In this document: piece by piece, positions 25,028 to 37,789 of the stretch
How positions within the stretch are numbered: the stretch's first letter is position 1
How the letters are laid out: each line of letters starts with the position of its first letter
Origin: Octopus sinensis
Taxonomy: Eukaryota
Length of the DNA stretch: 62,637 nt
Assembly: GCF_006345805.1 (NCBI RefSeq)
Contig: NW_021832978.1
Location: 1 to 62,637, forward strand
Reading direction: 5' to 3'
Notes under the pieces: generated by a model
Told to the model about the DNA's origin: nothing
The model's input: the letters and a program-made list of their open reading frames with translations, nothing else
Databases searched by the model: none
Made by a program: the position numbers and the translations under genes

Positions 25028-26340
25028 GGAAGAAGAGTGAGAGAGAGAAAACCCTAAGGAAGGGGATAGGGATTATTGTATGAGGAAGCAGGAGTGGGAG
25101 GAGAGTGGGAGGAGAGAGAGAGAGAGAGAGAATGCGTGAGAGAGAGAGAGAGAGAGAAAGGAAGAAAGGGAACGAGAGAGAGAAACCCTAGGGAAGGGGA
25201 GGGATATATTAATGTATGAGGAGGCAGAGAAAGAATGAGAGTGGGATAGAGAGAGAGACAGAATGCGTGAGAGAGAGAGAGAGAGAGAGATAGAAAGGAA
25301 GCAAGAGTGAGAGAGAGAAACCCTAGGGAAGGGGAGGGATATATTAATGTATGAGGAAGCAGAGAGTGGGAGTGAGAGTGGGAGAGAGAGAGAGAGAGAG
25401 AGAGAGAATGCGTGAGAGAGAGAGAGAGAGAGAAAGGAAGAAAGGGAACGAGAGAGAGAAACCCTAGGGAAGGGGAGGGATATATTAATGTATGAGGAGG
25501 CAGAGAAAGAATGAGAGTGGGAGAGAGAGAGACAGAATGCGTGAGAGAGAGAGACAGAGAGAGAAAGAAAGGAAGAAAGAGTGAGAGAGAGAAAGCCTAG
25601 GGAAGGGGAGGGGTATATTAATGTATGAGGAAGCAGAGAAAGAATGAGAGTGGGAGAGAGAGAGAGACAGAATGCGTGAGAGAGAGAGAGAGAGAGAAAG
25701 GAAGGAAGAAAGTGTGAGAGAGAGAAAGCCTAGGGAAGGGGAGGGATATATTAATGTATGAGGAAGCAGAGAAAGAATGAGAGTGGGAGAGAGAGACAGA
25801 GAGAAAGAAAGGAAGAAAGAGTGAGAGAGAGAAACCCTAGGGGAGGGGAGGGATATATTAATGTATGAGGAAGCAGAGAAAGAATGAGAGTGGGAGAGAG
25901 AGAGAGACAGAATGCGTGAGAGAGAGTGAGAGAGAGAAAGGAAGAAAGAGTGAGAGAGAGAAAGCCTAGGGAAGGGGAGGGGTATATTAATGTATGAGGA
26001 AGCAGAGAGTGGGAGAGAGAGTGGGAGAGAGAGAGAGACAGAATGCCTGAGAGAGAGAGAGAGAAAGGAAGAAAGAGTGAGAGAGAGAAACCCTAGGGAA
26101 GGGGAGGGGTATATTAATGTATGAGGAAGCAGAGAAAGAATGAGAGCGGGAGAGAGAGAGAGACAGAATGCGTGAGAGAGAGAGAGAGAGAGAAAGGAAG
26201 GAAGAAAGAGTGAGAGAGAGAAAGCCTAGGGAAGGGGAGGGATATATTAATGTATGAGGAAGCAGAGAAAGAATGAGAGTGGGTGAGAGAGAGAGAGACA
26301 GAATGCGTGAGAGAGAGAGAGAGAGACAGACAGACAGATA
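24880..26340. repeat. GA-rich minisatellite, ~110-150-bp unit, ~11 copies
   Basis: Recurrent (c/g)cctagggaaggggagggatatattaatgtatgaggaagc separated by variable (GA)n. Confidence 0.93.
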
Positions 26341-26604
26341 TACAGTTAGTGAGGGAGAGGAAGAGGTGAACGCTTTTCCAAGGGAGGTGGGCGGTGATTA
26401 AAATGAATATATAATGAGGTTCTGAGAGAAAGGAGACAAAGAGGGAGAAGTGGGAGGATATGTTTTGTAGGGGAGGGAGAAAGAGTATGAAAATGCATTA
26501 AGGGTTTAGTGAGGTACAGACAGAGGGAATTAAGAGTAAAAGCAAGGGAGAGGGAAGCATTGGGTAATATATGAGGAGGTGGGAGAGGGAGGCGAAGAGA
26601 AAGA

Positions 26605-26672
26605 GACGCGCTTATTGGACGATATATATTTAGTAATAGACGCGCTTATTGGACGATATATATTTAGTAATA
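26605..26672. repeat. ~34-bp direct tandem duplication
   Basis: gacgcgcttattggacgatatatatttagtaata occurs twice. Confidence 0.9.
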
Positions 26673-27830
26673 GGGGAAGGGTATGAGTTCATAAAGAAAG
26701 CAAAATGGGCGGAGTCAGTCTACATTATGCAAAGTGGTGGGAGGAGTCAACGTTGAAAGGGTAAGAACAATAACTCTTATTGAATCCCTTTTCGCTTTAA
26801 ATTCTATTTTTTTCTTGCGCAGAATTTGAAGATTTCCAAAAATGATTTAATGTAAATAATAGATCGAAGGGTTTAATATTGCAATTCTTAGCCCTTAATT
26901 TCCTCCTCGTAATCTTCACACTGCACCCTGCACCTATTGTGGAGGCAGCTGCTAGAAATAGCAGCCAAACATCGGATACTAAATGAAACCTCTTATTTCT
27001 TTAATTGCTTCAAAATTTTTTATTAAGTTGAGGAAAAAGTTCGTGCGTTTGGTCTTTATTTTGAAGAATATTTGTTGCTTTTGAATAAATTCTTGCATAA
27101 AACAATCATTATTTTAACACGACGCACGGACATTTCCCTCAATCTAATAGTTTCTTTTATAATTGGCATTTGGTCAGATAACTGCAAAGATTAGCCATTG
27201 ACTGTCCACTACAAAGAGAAGGGAGCAAGAATATGCAATGAAAGTGCAGTTTAGTGCAGCCGTGCACTGGTTGTCGTCCTATTTTAAGCTGCAAAAATGT
27301 GAAAGTAAACTTCGAGAAGGAAAGGGATCAGACCGGAAGTGATGAGAATAGAACAGGAAACAAGTGAATGCCATCATAGTGACGACGCCTCTACCACCGA
27401 AACATCTCGACACACTGTTTTTACTCATCGCAGGCCAGTCTCATGGATGTGTGACGGAGCTGTGTTGCAGGGAAACAGCTACGAGAACGGAAATCGACGG
27501 AAATTGACGCATCTCGACGGTTATGAAGGAGTTCAGTGTGAAGATATTAAATGCCTTTCGGTATTGCTTCAGATGTTTGACACCCGAATTTCCTGCCCCA
27601 GAGCTTCCAGACAATGGAGATTTTAAATTATATTTTCTAAAACTGAGCTTCTGATGCTGTAAATTGCGATTATATCGAAATATTTGATGAAAACATTTTT
27701 CCTACTTCGATGTGAGGAGTTTAGGAAAATTCACACAAGGCGTCTGGCTTTTGTCACAACTTTCAGAAAAATAGTAAATTTTTAATGGAATTTTCTATAA
27801 ATGCCTTTCAGAGTGTGTCGATTACAATTA

Positions 27831-29924
27831 TAAAATAATAAAAATAATGAAATTATTGTATACAGTGCTCAGGTGCACCACAACTTGTCAGAAAGTGCGT
27901 ATAAGGTGTATGCAGTAATGTACAAATGTCTGGAAAGCGAACAATGTATGAGTTAGATACATGCTTGTGTGTGTATGGAGGGGAGAAAATCAGGTGTAGT
28001 GTTGGCGAATCTCAGAAAGCATGGACGTTTTGAAGGATGCAGTGCTCAGACAATTAACAACTGATGCCGGCAGTTTGTTCCATGCTTGTGTGTGTATGGA
28101 GGGGAGAAAATCAGGTGTAGTGTTGGCGAATCTCAGAAAGCATGAAAGTTTTGAAGGATGCAGTGCTCAGACAATTAACAACTGATGCCGGCAGGCTGTT
28201 CCATGCTTGTGTGTGTATGGAGGGGAGAAAATCAGGTGTAGTGTTGGCGAATCTCAGAAAGCATGAAAGTTTTGAAGGATGCAGTGCTCAGACAATTAAC
28301 AACTGATGCCGGCAGTTTGTTCCATGCTTGCGTGTGTATGGAGGGGAGAAAATCAGGTGTAGTGTTGGCGAATCTCAGGAAGCATGGAAGTTTTGAAGGA
28401 TGCAGTGCTCAGACAATTAACAACTGATGCCGGCAGTTTGTTCCATGCTTGTGTGTGTATGGAGGGGAGAAAATCAGGTGTAGTGTTGGCGAATCTCAGA
28501 AAGCATGAAAGTTTTGAAGGATGCAGTGCTCAGACAATTAACAACTGATGCCGGCAGTTTGTTCCATGCTTGCGTGTGTATGGAGGGGAGGAAATCAGGT
28601 GTAGTGTTGCCGAATCTCAGGAAGCATGGAAGTTTTGAAGGATGCAGTGCTCAGACAATTAACAACTGATGCCGGCAGGTTGTTCCATGCTTGCGTGTGT
28701 ATGGAGGTGAGGAAATCAGGTGTAGTGTTGCCGAATCTCAGGAAGCATGGAAGTTTTGAAGGATGCAGTGCTCCGACAACTAACAGCTGATGCCGGCAGT
28801 TTGTTCCATGCTTGCGTGTGTATGGAGGGGAGGATATCAGGTGTAGTGTTGGCGAATCTCAGAAAGCATGAAAGTTTTGAAGGATGCAGTGCTCAGACAA
28901 TTAACAACTGATGCCGGCAGGTTGTTCCATGCTTGTGTGTGTATGGAGGGGAGAAAATCAGGTGTAGCGTTGGCGAATCTCAGAGAGCATGAAAGTTTTG
29001 AAGGATGCAGTGCTCAGACAATTAACAACTGATGCCAGCAGTTTGTTCCATGCTTGCGTGTGTATGGAGGTGAGGAAATCAGGTGTAGCGTTGGCGAATC
29101 TCAGAGAGCATGAAAGTTTTGAAGGATGCAGTGCTCAGACAATTAACAACTGATGCCGGCAGGTTGTTCCATGCTTGTGTGTGTATGGAGGGGAGAAAAT
29201 CAGGTGTAGCGTTGGCGAATCTCAGAGAGCATGAAAGTTTTGAAGGATGCAGTGCTCAGACAATTAACAACTGATGCCGGCAGTTTGTTCCATGCTTGTG
29301 TGTGTATGGAGGGGAGAAAATCAGGTGTAGTGTTGGCGAATCTCAGAAAGCATGAAAGTTTTGAAGGATGCAGTGCTCAGACAATTAGCAACTGATGCCG
29401 GCAGGTTGTTCCATGCTTGTGTGTGTATGGAGGGGAGAAAATCAGGTGTAGTGTTGGCGAATCTCAGAAAGCATGAAAGTTTTGAAGGATGCAGTGCTCA
29501 GACAATTAACAACTGATGCCGGCAGTTTGTTCCATGCTTGCGTGTGTATGGAGGTGAGGAAATCAGGTGTAGTGTTGGCGAATCTCAGAAAGCATGAAAG
29601 TTTTGAAGGATGCAGTGCTCAGACAATTAACAACTGATGCCGGCAGGTTGTTCCATGCTTGTGTGTGTATGGAGGGGAGAAAATCAGGTGTAGTGTTGGC
29701 GAATCTCAGAAAGCATGAAAGTTTTGAAGGATGCAGTGCTCAGACAATTAACAACTGATGCCGGCAGTTTGTTCCATGCTTGCGTGTGTATGGAGGTGAG
29801 GAAATCAGGTGTAGTGTTGGCGAATCTCAGAAAGCATGAAAGTTTTGAAGGATGCAGTGCTCAGACAATTAACAACTGATGCCGGCAGTTTGTTCCATGC
29901 TTCAGCAACTCTCAGCGTGAAAAA
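27831..29924 (-). mobile_element. 3' end of a CR1/L2-type LINE with internal tandem amplification
   Basis: Minus strand encodes FFTLRVAEAWNKLPASVVNCLSTASFKTFMLSEIRQHYT*, matching the RV..WN.LP..VV...S...FK ORF2 terminus. A 3'UTR and an ATT-rich tail follow. Confidence 0.85.
27960..29896. repeat. 121-bp satellite, 16 copies
   Basis: catgcttg recurs every 121 bp from 27960 to 29896 (16 x 121 = 1936). Confidence 0.98.
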
Positions 29925-30144
29925 TCATATAGGAAATGAATAAGAGAAAATTAATTTGGTGGATTATTACAAATACATAGTACAACAGGTCACATATCGA
30001 CAAAAGGAAACTTGAAATTTCGAAGGAAATTATGATGTGCGCCAGTGTGTGTGTGTGTGTGTGTGTTGTGTTCATTATTTTTTCTTTCCAAATTAAATTC
30101 CAATATATCGCATTTTACACACACTGTAACGTATTTCCCTTTTA

Positions 30145-30348
30145 CTCATTTACTTCTTTCAGTCATTAGACTGCGGCCATGCTAGAGCACCGCTTTTAAT
30201 CGAGCAACTCGATCCCGGGACTTATTCTTTTGTAAGCCCAAGCTTATTCTATCGGTGTCTTTTGCCGAAACGCTAAGGTAACGGGGACATAAACACACCA
30301 GCATTGGCTTGTCAAGCAATGCTAGGGGGACAAACACAAACACACACA

Positions 30349-30400
<52 letters not shown>

Positions 30401-30572
30401 ACATAAATATATACGAGGGCTTCTTTCAGTTTCCGTCTACCAAATCCACTCACAAGGCTTTGGCCGGCCCGAGGCTATAGTAGAAGAACACTTGCCCAAG
30501 GTGGCACGCAGTGGGATGAACCTGGAACCATGTGGTTGGTAAGCAAGATACCACACAGCCACTGTTGCGCCT
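30145..30572 (-). mobile_element. Full-length octopus-type SINE
   Basis: Collinear with 10390-10799. Confidence 0.88.
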
Positions 30573-31794
30573 GTAGAAAATTACGTTAGAAAATAACCCA
30601 TTTTTGTTAAGTTCTGAGCAACACAGACATTCGTGTGAATTTTACGAAACTCATCTTTCCGCCGACAGACAAATTTGTTTCGCTACAAATTCCGATATAA
30701 TCAGAATGATCACCATCTGAAGCGTATTTACAGAAAATTTAATCAAATAATGTCTGTTTGTCGGGGAGTTATGAGGAAACAAATTCGGTGCGTCGCACAC
30801 ATCTGTGAGAATGGCTGCCTTCTGCTGGAAATCGCTGTTCCAGTCGGAAAGCTTCTCGGATGTCGTCTCTCGCATCTGTGCGTGTCGGTAGGACATTACC
30901 GTCAAATCCAAGCACCATCTGAGTCGTCTCTTTTCCTCACTAACATTTCTCTCTCTCTCACTTTCTCTCTCTTTCTCTAATTCTTTCTTTCTTTCTCTCT
31001 CAGTGTTATGTTGCAGCCCTACCCAACCATCAGAATCATCCTCACCTGACCTAAGACCGACAATGACAGAGAAAGTAGCCGTCCATCTGCAGCTGACATG
31101 TACCCTAAGCCTCGACCCCTTGAAGAATCAACGGCTTAAAATGTGTAAGAAGCCGGTTCCCATTGTTAACAGCATGTAGGTCGACGGCAGAAATATCTGG
31201 TCGGTGGTGGAAGATTGAGACAGATGCACAGGTATCTCGACGAAATTCAGCTGCGGGGAAGTGGTATCCGTCTTTACGATCAACCATGTGTTTCATTTTT
31301 CTTGAATCTTTTATTTAAATAAGAAATTTCAGTGTTTTTCCCTTTTGTACAGACATATTACGTTTATTAAGTTGTCCAAAAATGTCTGACAAATAGAATA
31401 ATTTGTATAACGAATCTTCATTGTGAAACAAATCTGAATTTAATCCCAGCAGGAATATTATGTCTTCATTTTCTTAAAGTTCTAACAATTGCTTCAAAGC
31501 TTCTCCATTTCAGATTCATCACACTTGGATACCATTTCCTCACAGAAGAGGAAACTATTGAGAACAAGAATTTTAATAACGTTAATAATTTTAACCGCTT
31601 CTTGTAATATTGCAAAAGTATCTGGAAATATTTTCTGAGAAACAAACACCTCTCAGTGAAGATTGTCAATAAGTGACAGAAATAGGGTTTTTATCTTACA
31701 AATTTAACTTGAACCCCAATTTCCCTCCTTATCATAGCTCCTGCATCTTTATTACATACTACATTACATTTATACCATCCAAGGCATACTTCTA

Positions 31795-32205
31795 TCTCTC
31801 TTTTACTCTTTTACTTGTTTCAGTCATTTGACTGCGGCCATGCTGGAGCACCGCCTTCAATCGAGGAACTCGACCCCGGGACTTATTCTTCTGTAAGCCC
31901 AGTACTTATTCTATCGGTCTCTTTTGCCGAACCGCTAGGTGACGGGGACATAAACACACCAGCATCGGTTGCCAAGCAATGCTAGGGGGACAAACACAGA
32001 CTCACAAACATATACACACACATATATATATATACATATATACGACAGGCTTCTTTCAGTTTCCGTCAACCAAATCCACTCACAAGACATTGGTCGGCCC
32101 GGGGCTATGGCAGAAAACACTTGCCCAAGATGCCACGCAGTGGGACTGAACCCGGAACCATGTGGTTGGTAAGCAAGCTACTTACCACACAGCCACTCCT
32201 GCGCC
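31795..32205 (-). mobile_element. Full-length octopus-type SINE
   Basis: Collinear with 10390-10799; intact head ggcgcaggagtggctgtgtggtaag. Confidence 0.9.
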
Positions 32206-32569
32206 TATCGTCTACTTTTAGCTACAAAGTCCCCATCTAACGAACCAATCTTCCTGGACCCTATTCTATATTACTATAGTTTGTAATTTTACTTGCTTCA
32301 TCTAATTGAATTGCATGTTTAGAGACGTTGTTTAAAAACCTTCGCATAATTTACTCCAATTAATCATTATTCATTTCTGAAATACAAATACCAACATTAT
32401 CATTTCGCAGACGAACTTTGATTCATCTGCATGTTATTTCAATGAATAATTCCTGATGTTTTCATTGCTGCTGCTAATACAAGTTCTTCGCCGATGTGTT
32501 TGGGGTTTCTTTTATCTCTTGCAATTTAAATAAACAGCTTCAAAAGATGCCCTTCTACTATAACCTCTG

Positions 32570-32890
32570 CCCATCAGAATATCGTGAGTGTATTTGGTAG
32601 ATGGAAACGGAAAAAAGCCCGTCGTAACTATATACATACATACTTATGTGTTTGTGCTTGTATGTTTGTGCGCGTGTCTTTGTGTTTGCGTTCGAGAAGC
32701 CACCCCGCTTGACAACCAGTGTTTCTTTGTTTACGTCCTTGTGGTATAGCCGTTTGGCAAAAGACACCGTTACTAGAAGTAGTATGCATAATTATAAAAG
32801 AAAAATCTAGAGGGGTAATTCATGCGATTAAAATTCATCAAAACGGTGCCCCAGCATGGCCGCAGTCGAATTACTGAAACCAGTATAAAA
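32570..32890 (+). mobile_element. Degenerate, 5'-truncated octopus-type SINE
   Basis: gagtgtatttggtagatggaaac..., gcttgacaacc, ccagcatggccgcagtc. Confidence 0.65.
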
Positions 32891-33089
32891 TATAAGATTT
32901 AAATAAAACAATAGTTTCCTCTTCGCTAAACTTATTTGCCTTTTATAATCAGTTCGATCTCTTATTTCCATTCAATCATATTTGGCAGTTTTCTGAAGTC
33001 TTCGCAGAGACACAGATTCGCGTTACCCAACCGAAAGTAATTCAGTTGAAAAGAAGAACGGGGTTTAAGAAGAGGAATTATCTTTGGCC

Positions 33090-33870
33090 CGTCTGGGATA
33101 ATCTCTTCCTCTCATCCTTCTCTTTATTCATCATCACGTCCTATTTCTTTCAATCTCGTTCATTCCTTTTTTCCTTCCTTTTTTCTTTTATTCATTCATT
33201 CTTTTTTTCTGTTTCTTCCTTATATCTTTTAATATAAACTTGCTTTCTTCTTCTTCTTTCTTTCTTTCAGTTTATTGCTTTTCGTCCTTCTTTCCTTCCT
33301 TCTTTCTTTCTCTTTCTTTATTCTTTTTCTATTTTACATATCTATATTTCTATCTCTGTTATTTGTTTTCTCTTCCTTCTTTATGTCAGTTTTTCTTTAT
33401 TTAATTCTTTCTTATCTATCCTTCTTTCTTTTTTCTTTTTATTCTCTTATCTCTTCTTCTTTCTTCCTTCTTTACTTTCTCCCTTATTCCTTCCTTCTTC
33501 TTATATCTTTCTTTCTTTCATTCTCTGTCTCATTTGTTATCAATCTTATTTTCTCCTCGCAAAATAACTTCGCCGTTTGTTTATTCTCCTTTCTTTTTTC
33601 CACTCTTTCTTTATTCCTTCTTATTTCTTCTTTCTTTATTTTATTTCCTTCCTCATTTCATACTTCCTTTCTTTTCTTCTTTCTACTATTCTTTCCTCTT
33701 TCTTTCTTTCTTCCTTTGTTTCTGTGTTTTTCTTTCTTTCTTTCACTCTTTTAGTTTTCCTTTACGTACTCTTTTTTCTCTACCTTTCTATCTCTCTTTC
33801 TATCTCTCTTTCTTTCTCTCTTTCTTTCTCTCTCTCTCTTTTCTTTCCTCGTAAGTCGCGGTTTTCTCTT
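33090..33870. repeat. Pyrimidine-rich low-complexity tract
   Basis: CT/CTTT-rich composition. Confidence 0.9.
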
Positions 33871-34559
33871 TTCGTCTAGCGTCATTTGGGAAACATGACA
33901 ACAAAGCTATAAGACGGACACACCGAACAAAGCTAGCAGTCAGAAACTCACTGGAGAAAGGCGGTGAAACGGCCCTAGTTTCGGTTCAACTTCCAGGGAG
34001 ACTTAAACAGATAGACACACATGCTGACGTCATGAAACGAGAGGATGTATATTTTGGTGGTGGGATCCATCTTTGCCGGCACCGTTCAGTTTTGATCATT
34101 TGCCGAGTGATTCGTGTCGCCGATGTCGTCGGATACTTCTAAGTTCTTTACACCGAGCTACACTACACCTCGGATGCTGGTTCATGTCTTTCGAAAGACA
34201 CAGCGCATTGTAGTAGCTGTTCTCTAAAGCAAGTCTCTCTGAACAATATCACTAATCATAAACTAACGATGGTTTTCACCTCGTCCAATGAAAGGGTACC
34301 CGCAAGATTGTTTGTTTTTTATATCATCGGACAGCGATGGTAAGTGGAATGACAGCAGATCACCGCTTAAGTGGATCCTTTTTCTAACGTCTGGATACCA
34401 TTTCCAACGTCAGTCAGTTTATAGAGTGTTCTGATTGTGTTGATGTGGCACCAGTGAGGCTGAATGTTACATTGCACCAGCCTCCACGAGCGCACAAGAT
34501 TAGGTACGCTCAGCTTAAAAGAGATGCAGGGGACATGCCTATATGCAAGATCAACCACG

Positions 34560-35270
34560 ATTTTACTTCGCCTGACGTCTTTTCTCAAGCATAGCAAACC
34601 GTCCTGTGTCTCGGTCCTTGTCATCCCTTCTGTGAGACCCAACGTCTGAAGATCCTTTCTCCCCATTTTGTTCCACGTTTTCTTGGGCCTACTCCTTCCG
34701 CAGTGTTTCCTTCACAATTAGAGATCAGCAACTCTTGATGAGAGAGTTTTCATTCATACTCATTACATGATCATACCAGCGCAGTCTTCTCTCTTGCACA
34801 CTAGATCTAATGCCTTGTATACACAGTCCTTCTCTCAAATCACTTACAAACTGTTGTATACGCTCACTGATATTACTCATCCAGCGGAGCATACTGGCTT
34901 TATTTGTTTCAAGCCTTCGCATATCTTCACTAGTCACAGCCAATGTTTCACAATCATGTAGCGCAGCTGTTCGTACATAGGCATCATACAATCTGCATTT
35001 CACTCAGAGTGAGTGACCTATCGTCACTAACAGATGTAGTAGCTCTCAGAACTTTGCCCAGCCTATTCTTATTCAAGCAGTTATGCTTTTGGAACAACCT
35101 CACTCCACAACATTCAACTTGGCCACCTAAGCAAACAATCTGCTACTTCTAAGGGTCCTCCTGACTTTTGAGGGAGTCTATCTTTTGCGCGTTCCTAGTG
35201 TTTAAAGAACCTGGACATCTGCTACACGTAAAGACTACATTCTCATCTTAGGCTTCCAATGATACAAATA
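34560..35270 (-). mobile_element. RTE-clade LINE 3' fragment, decayed
   Basis: CRLYDAYVRTAALHDCETLAV..SMLRWM..VQERRLRWYDHVMSM, then a GRP.KTW-like motif and RKDLQTLGLTEGM. Confidence 0.85.
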
Positions 35271-35849
35271 GATGTTGAATAAATACAGCCCCAAGGCAGT
35301 CAGGACCGGCTTTAATTTCCTTGATTCCCTGATGAACTCAGTGTAGAGGGAAACCGGTGACCCCCCAGCTCAGCATAACTCCCTTATATAGAAACCTGTT
35401 TCTATAATTGTTATTCAGCAAAACGTTGGAGGGTCATTCAAACACAATGTCATACCAACTTGAAAGATGGAGATTTCCTATATTACTCAACCAATTCTCT
35501 TTCATCACCATCATCATAGTCATCAACATCATCCTAGGAATGTCCAGCTTCTCTCTTTCAGACTGGTGTAGGTGGGATGTTACGGACAGTAGGTCAGAGA
35601 GCTCTGTCCAACCAATCCCTGTTCTTGCCTTGCTTGAAACTGAGCCTCAGTAGTATTTCTCCTTGGCATAAAACAAAAGCTGCATCTCATCTACGCTAAT
35701 TCTCTGAATGAAGTTTAATATTTTGAAATGTATCGGAGCACTGACCCTTTTCAACCAATTTGAAGCGATTCAGTTTTCTGAAAAAAGGGATTTCAGCTAT
35801 AGGGCATAGAATTGGTTTCGAAACAGTAAATGTTGACCTTAAGAAGATT

Positions 35850-36010
35850 AATAACCCATGGTTGTGTGGTTCAAAAGCTTTCTTCCTAAGTATGTGGTCG
35901 CGAGTTCAGTCCCACTCCACGGTTACTTGGGCTATTATCTTCTCCTTTAGGCCAAAGGTTAACCAAAGGATTTGTATGTGGATTTAGTAACCGGAAACTG
36001 AAAGAAGCTC
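35850..36010 (+). mobile_element. Degenerate SINE 5' half
   Basis: ggttgtgtggt...gagttcagtcccact...ggatttagtaaccggaaactgaaagaagc. Confidence 0.6.
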
Positions 36011-36924
36011 ATCATGTGTGTACTTGATATCATGTGATGACTAAAAACGGCCTTACCCTCAATACAAGTGATGTCCGGCCGTCGGAAAATATTGGCGTGC
36101 TTGGGAACAGGTGAGAGTTGGAAGCAGCAATTGCGTCCAGCTATAGAAAATCTGCCTCAATAAATTCTGTCTGACCCATGCGAGCATGGAAAAGTAGACG
36201 TTAAATGATGACAAAGAGAATGGCATGGGCGATATGCGTACTTGTACATATGTATATATGTATGTACACACACACACACACACACGCATTTTTTAATCGA
36301 GACCCATTATGATCGGTGGGAACGTCTGAGATTCTAAGTTGGGTTTCTCTAATAGCCTGACCATAGTTTCTTACACAAACGAATCAAATTTAATCCTCTT
36401 TAGAACAAACACTGTGTATATATGTGTCGGTGTGTGTTTGTATGCCTGTGTATGTATGTTTGCGGATGTGTGTGTGTGTTTGTGTGCGTGCATCCGTAAA
36501 TGAACTTAATGTTGTTGTAAACATATTTCAGACAGGTGGCCAATACAATGCCTGATTCCATGCAGTCTCTACAAATTCTACCCACACAGCTTATATCGAT
36601 CTTGTCGAAATCTACAATGAAGATCTGTGGTAGTCCTTACCAAGTTCTTCTGTGTTGCCACTGAACATTTAGAACGGCTGCTCTTCATCGAAATTACAAC
36701 AAAATATCTGGAACAGATTCTCTCTGTGACAGGCTGAAATAGTATCAAAGATTTGTAAACTAGACCTATCAAACCCCATTAATATCAAAACAGTTTTTAA
36801 AAATAAGAAAATCAGGAAAACATCTTTGTTGAATAATATATTATTATTTACATTGGAGAATCACACAGCTCTATAACGTATGATGTAATATATATTTAGA
36901 ATATTCTGCCGTAGTTTACAATGT

Positions 36925-37290
36925 AACTACCAGTATCGCCCGGCGTTTCTCAGGTTTGTAGGTAAATACTATAAGCATTTTTAGAGAGTTATCCAAAAAA
37001 CAGCAAAAAGATGGAAAAAAATGATGTAAATTTTTTTTAGTTAAAAAGGTGGAGTGAGTCCCTAGACAGTTTGCAATTTGTGTTTCTGATTTCGACCCAT
37101 GTCGAATTTATCGATTTTTCAGAACTGGGGGAACTTTCAAATTTTCGCTGCGTTAGTTTTGAATTATACATTGGGCTATGTGTGTGTCAGTTTCATCAGA
37201 ATCGGTGAAGAGTGGTCAGGGTGAGGGTAACCTGACAGACACAAGACACAAGACACACGACAGACAAACTGCCGTTTATTAGAGAGAGAT
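36925..37290 (+). mobile_element. Non-autonomous Helitron/Helentron-like (HINE/DINE-1-type) element
   Basis: 5' aacta..agtatcgcccggcgtt..cagg subterminal motif; 3' (GACA)-type repeats then ccgtttattagagagagat. Confidence 0.6.
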
Positions 37291-37612
37291 ATATTTCGAG
37301 CATTGGTTTATGAATATAATTTGTGATTAATTCAAAAAACTTTCTAGATTAAGCATTATCTTTAAATTAGGGTTAAATATATAAAATATATTCAAATAAA
37401 GAAAAAAAACATTTGAAAGATTTGCTGAGAGGAAAGACGACAAGGTGAGAAAAGATAAGAATTTAAATGGAGATTTGTGTTTCTTTTATAAGATTGTTAA
37501 CATGTAAGAGTAACAATTTGAATCAGATAATGTCGTTATTGTGTGTGTGTGTGGATGGGGGGTGAAACGCTATTCCAGTGGAATACATACACTGTTTCTA
37601 GTTCATTAATAT

Positions 37613-37618
37613 TTTATT
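37613..37618 (-). promoter_or_regulatory. Candidate polyadenylation signal AATAAA for the minus-strand gene
   Basis: About 170 nt downstream of the stop at 37790. The region is AT-rich, so this may be chance. Confidence 0.3.
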
Positions 37619-37789
37619 ATCAATTAACTAATTAGGAATCATTATGGTAACTATCTTTGTTCGAGGATCCAGGTTAAAACCTACGTATTTTGTGTGACTA
37701 TTCCAGAAGCATCCCATCGAATAAAGAAATATAGTCAAAAGGCTGCTAATGCCAATTGCTCGTAACATATATTGATTCAATATAGGGCC

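Noticed and set aside
27960-29896. CRISPR-like regular array
   Set aside because: No unique spacers; the whole 121-bp unit repeats and the context is eukaryotic.
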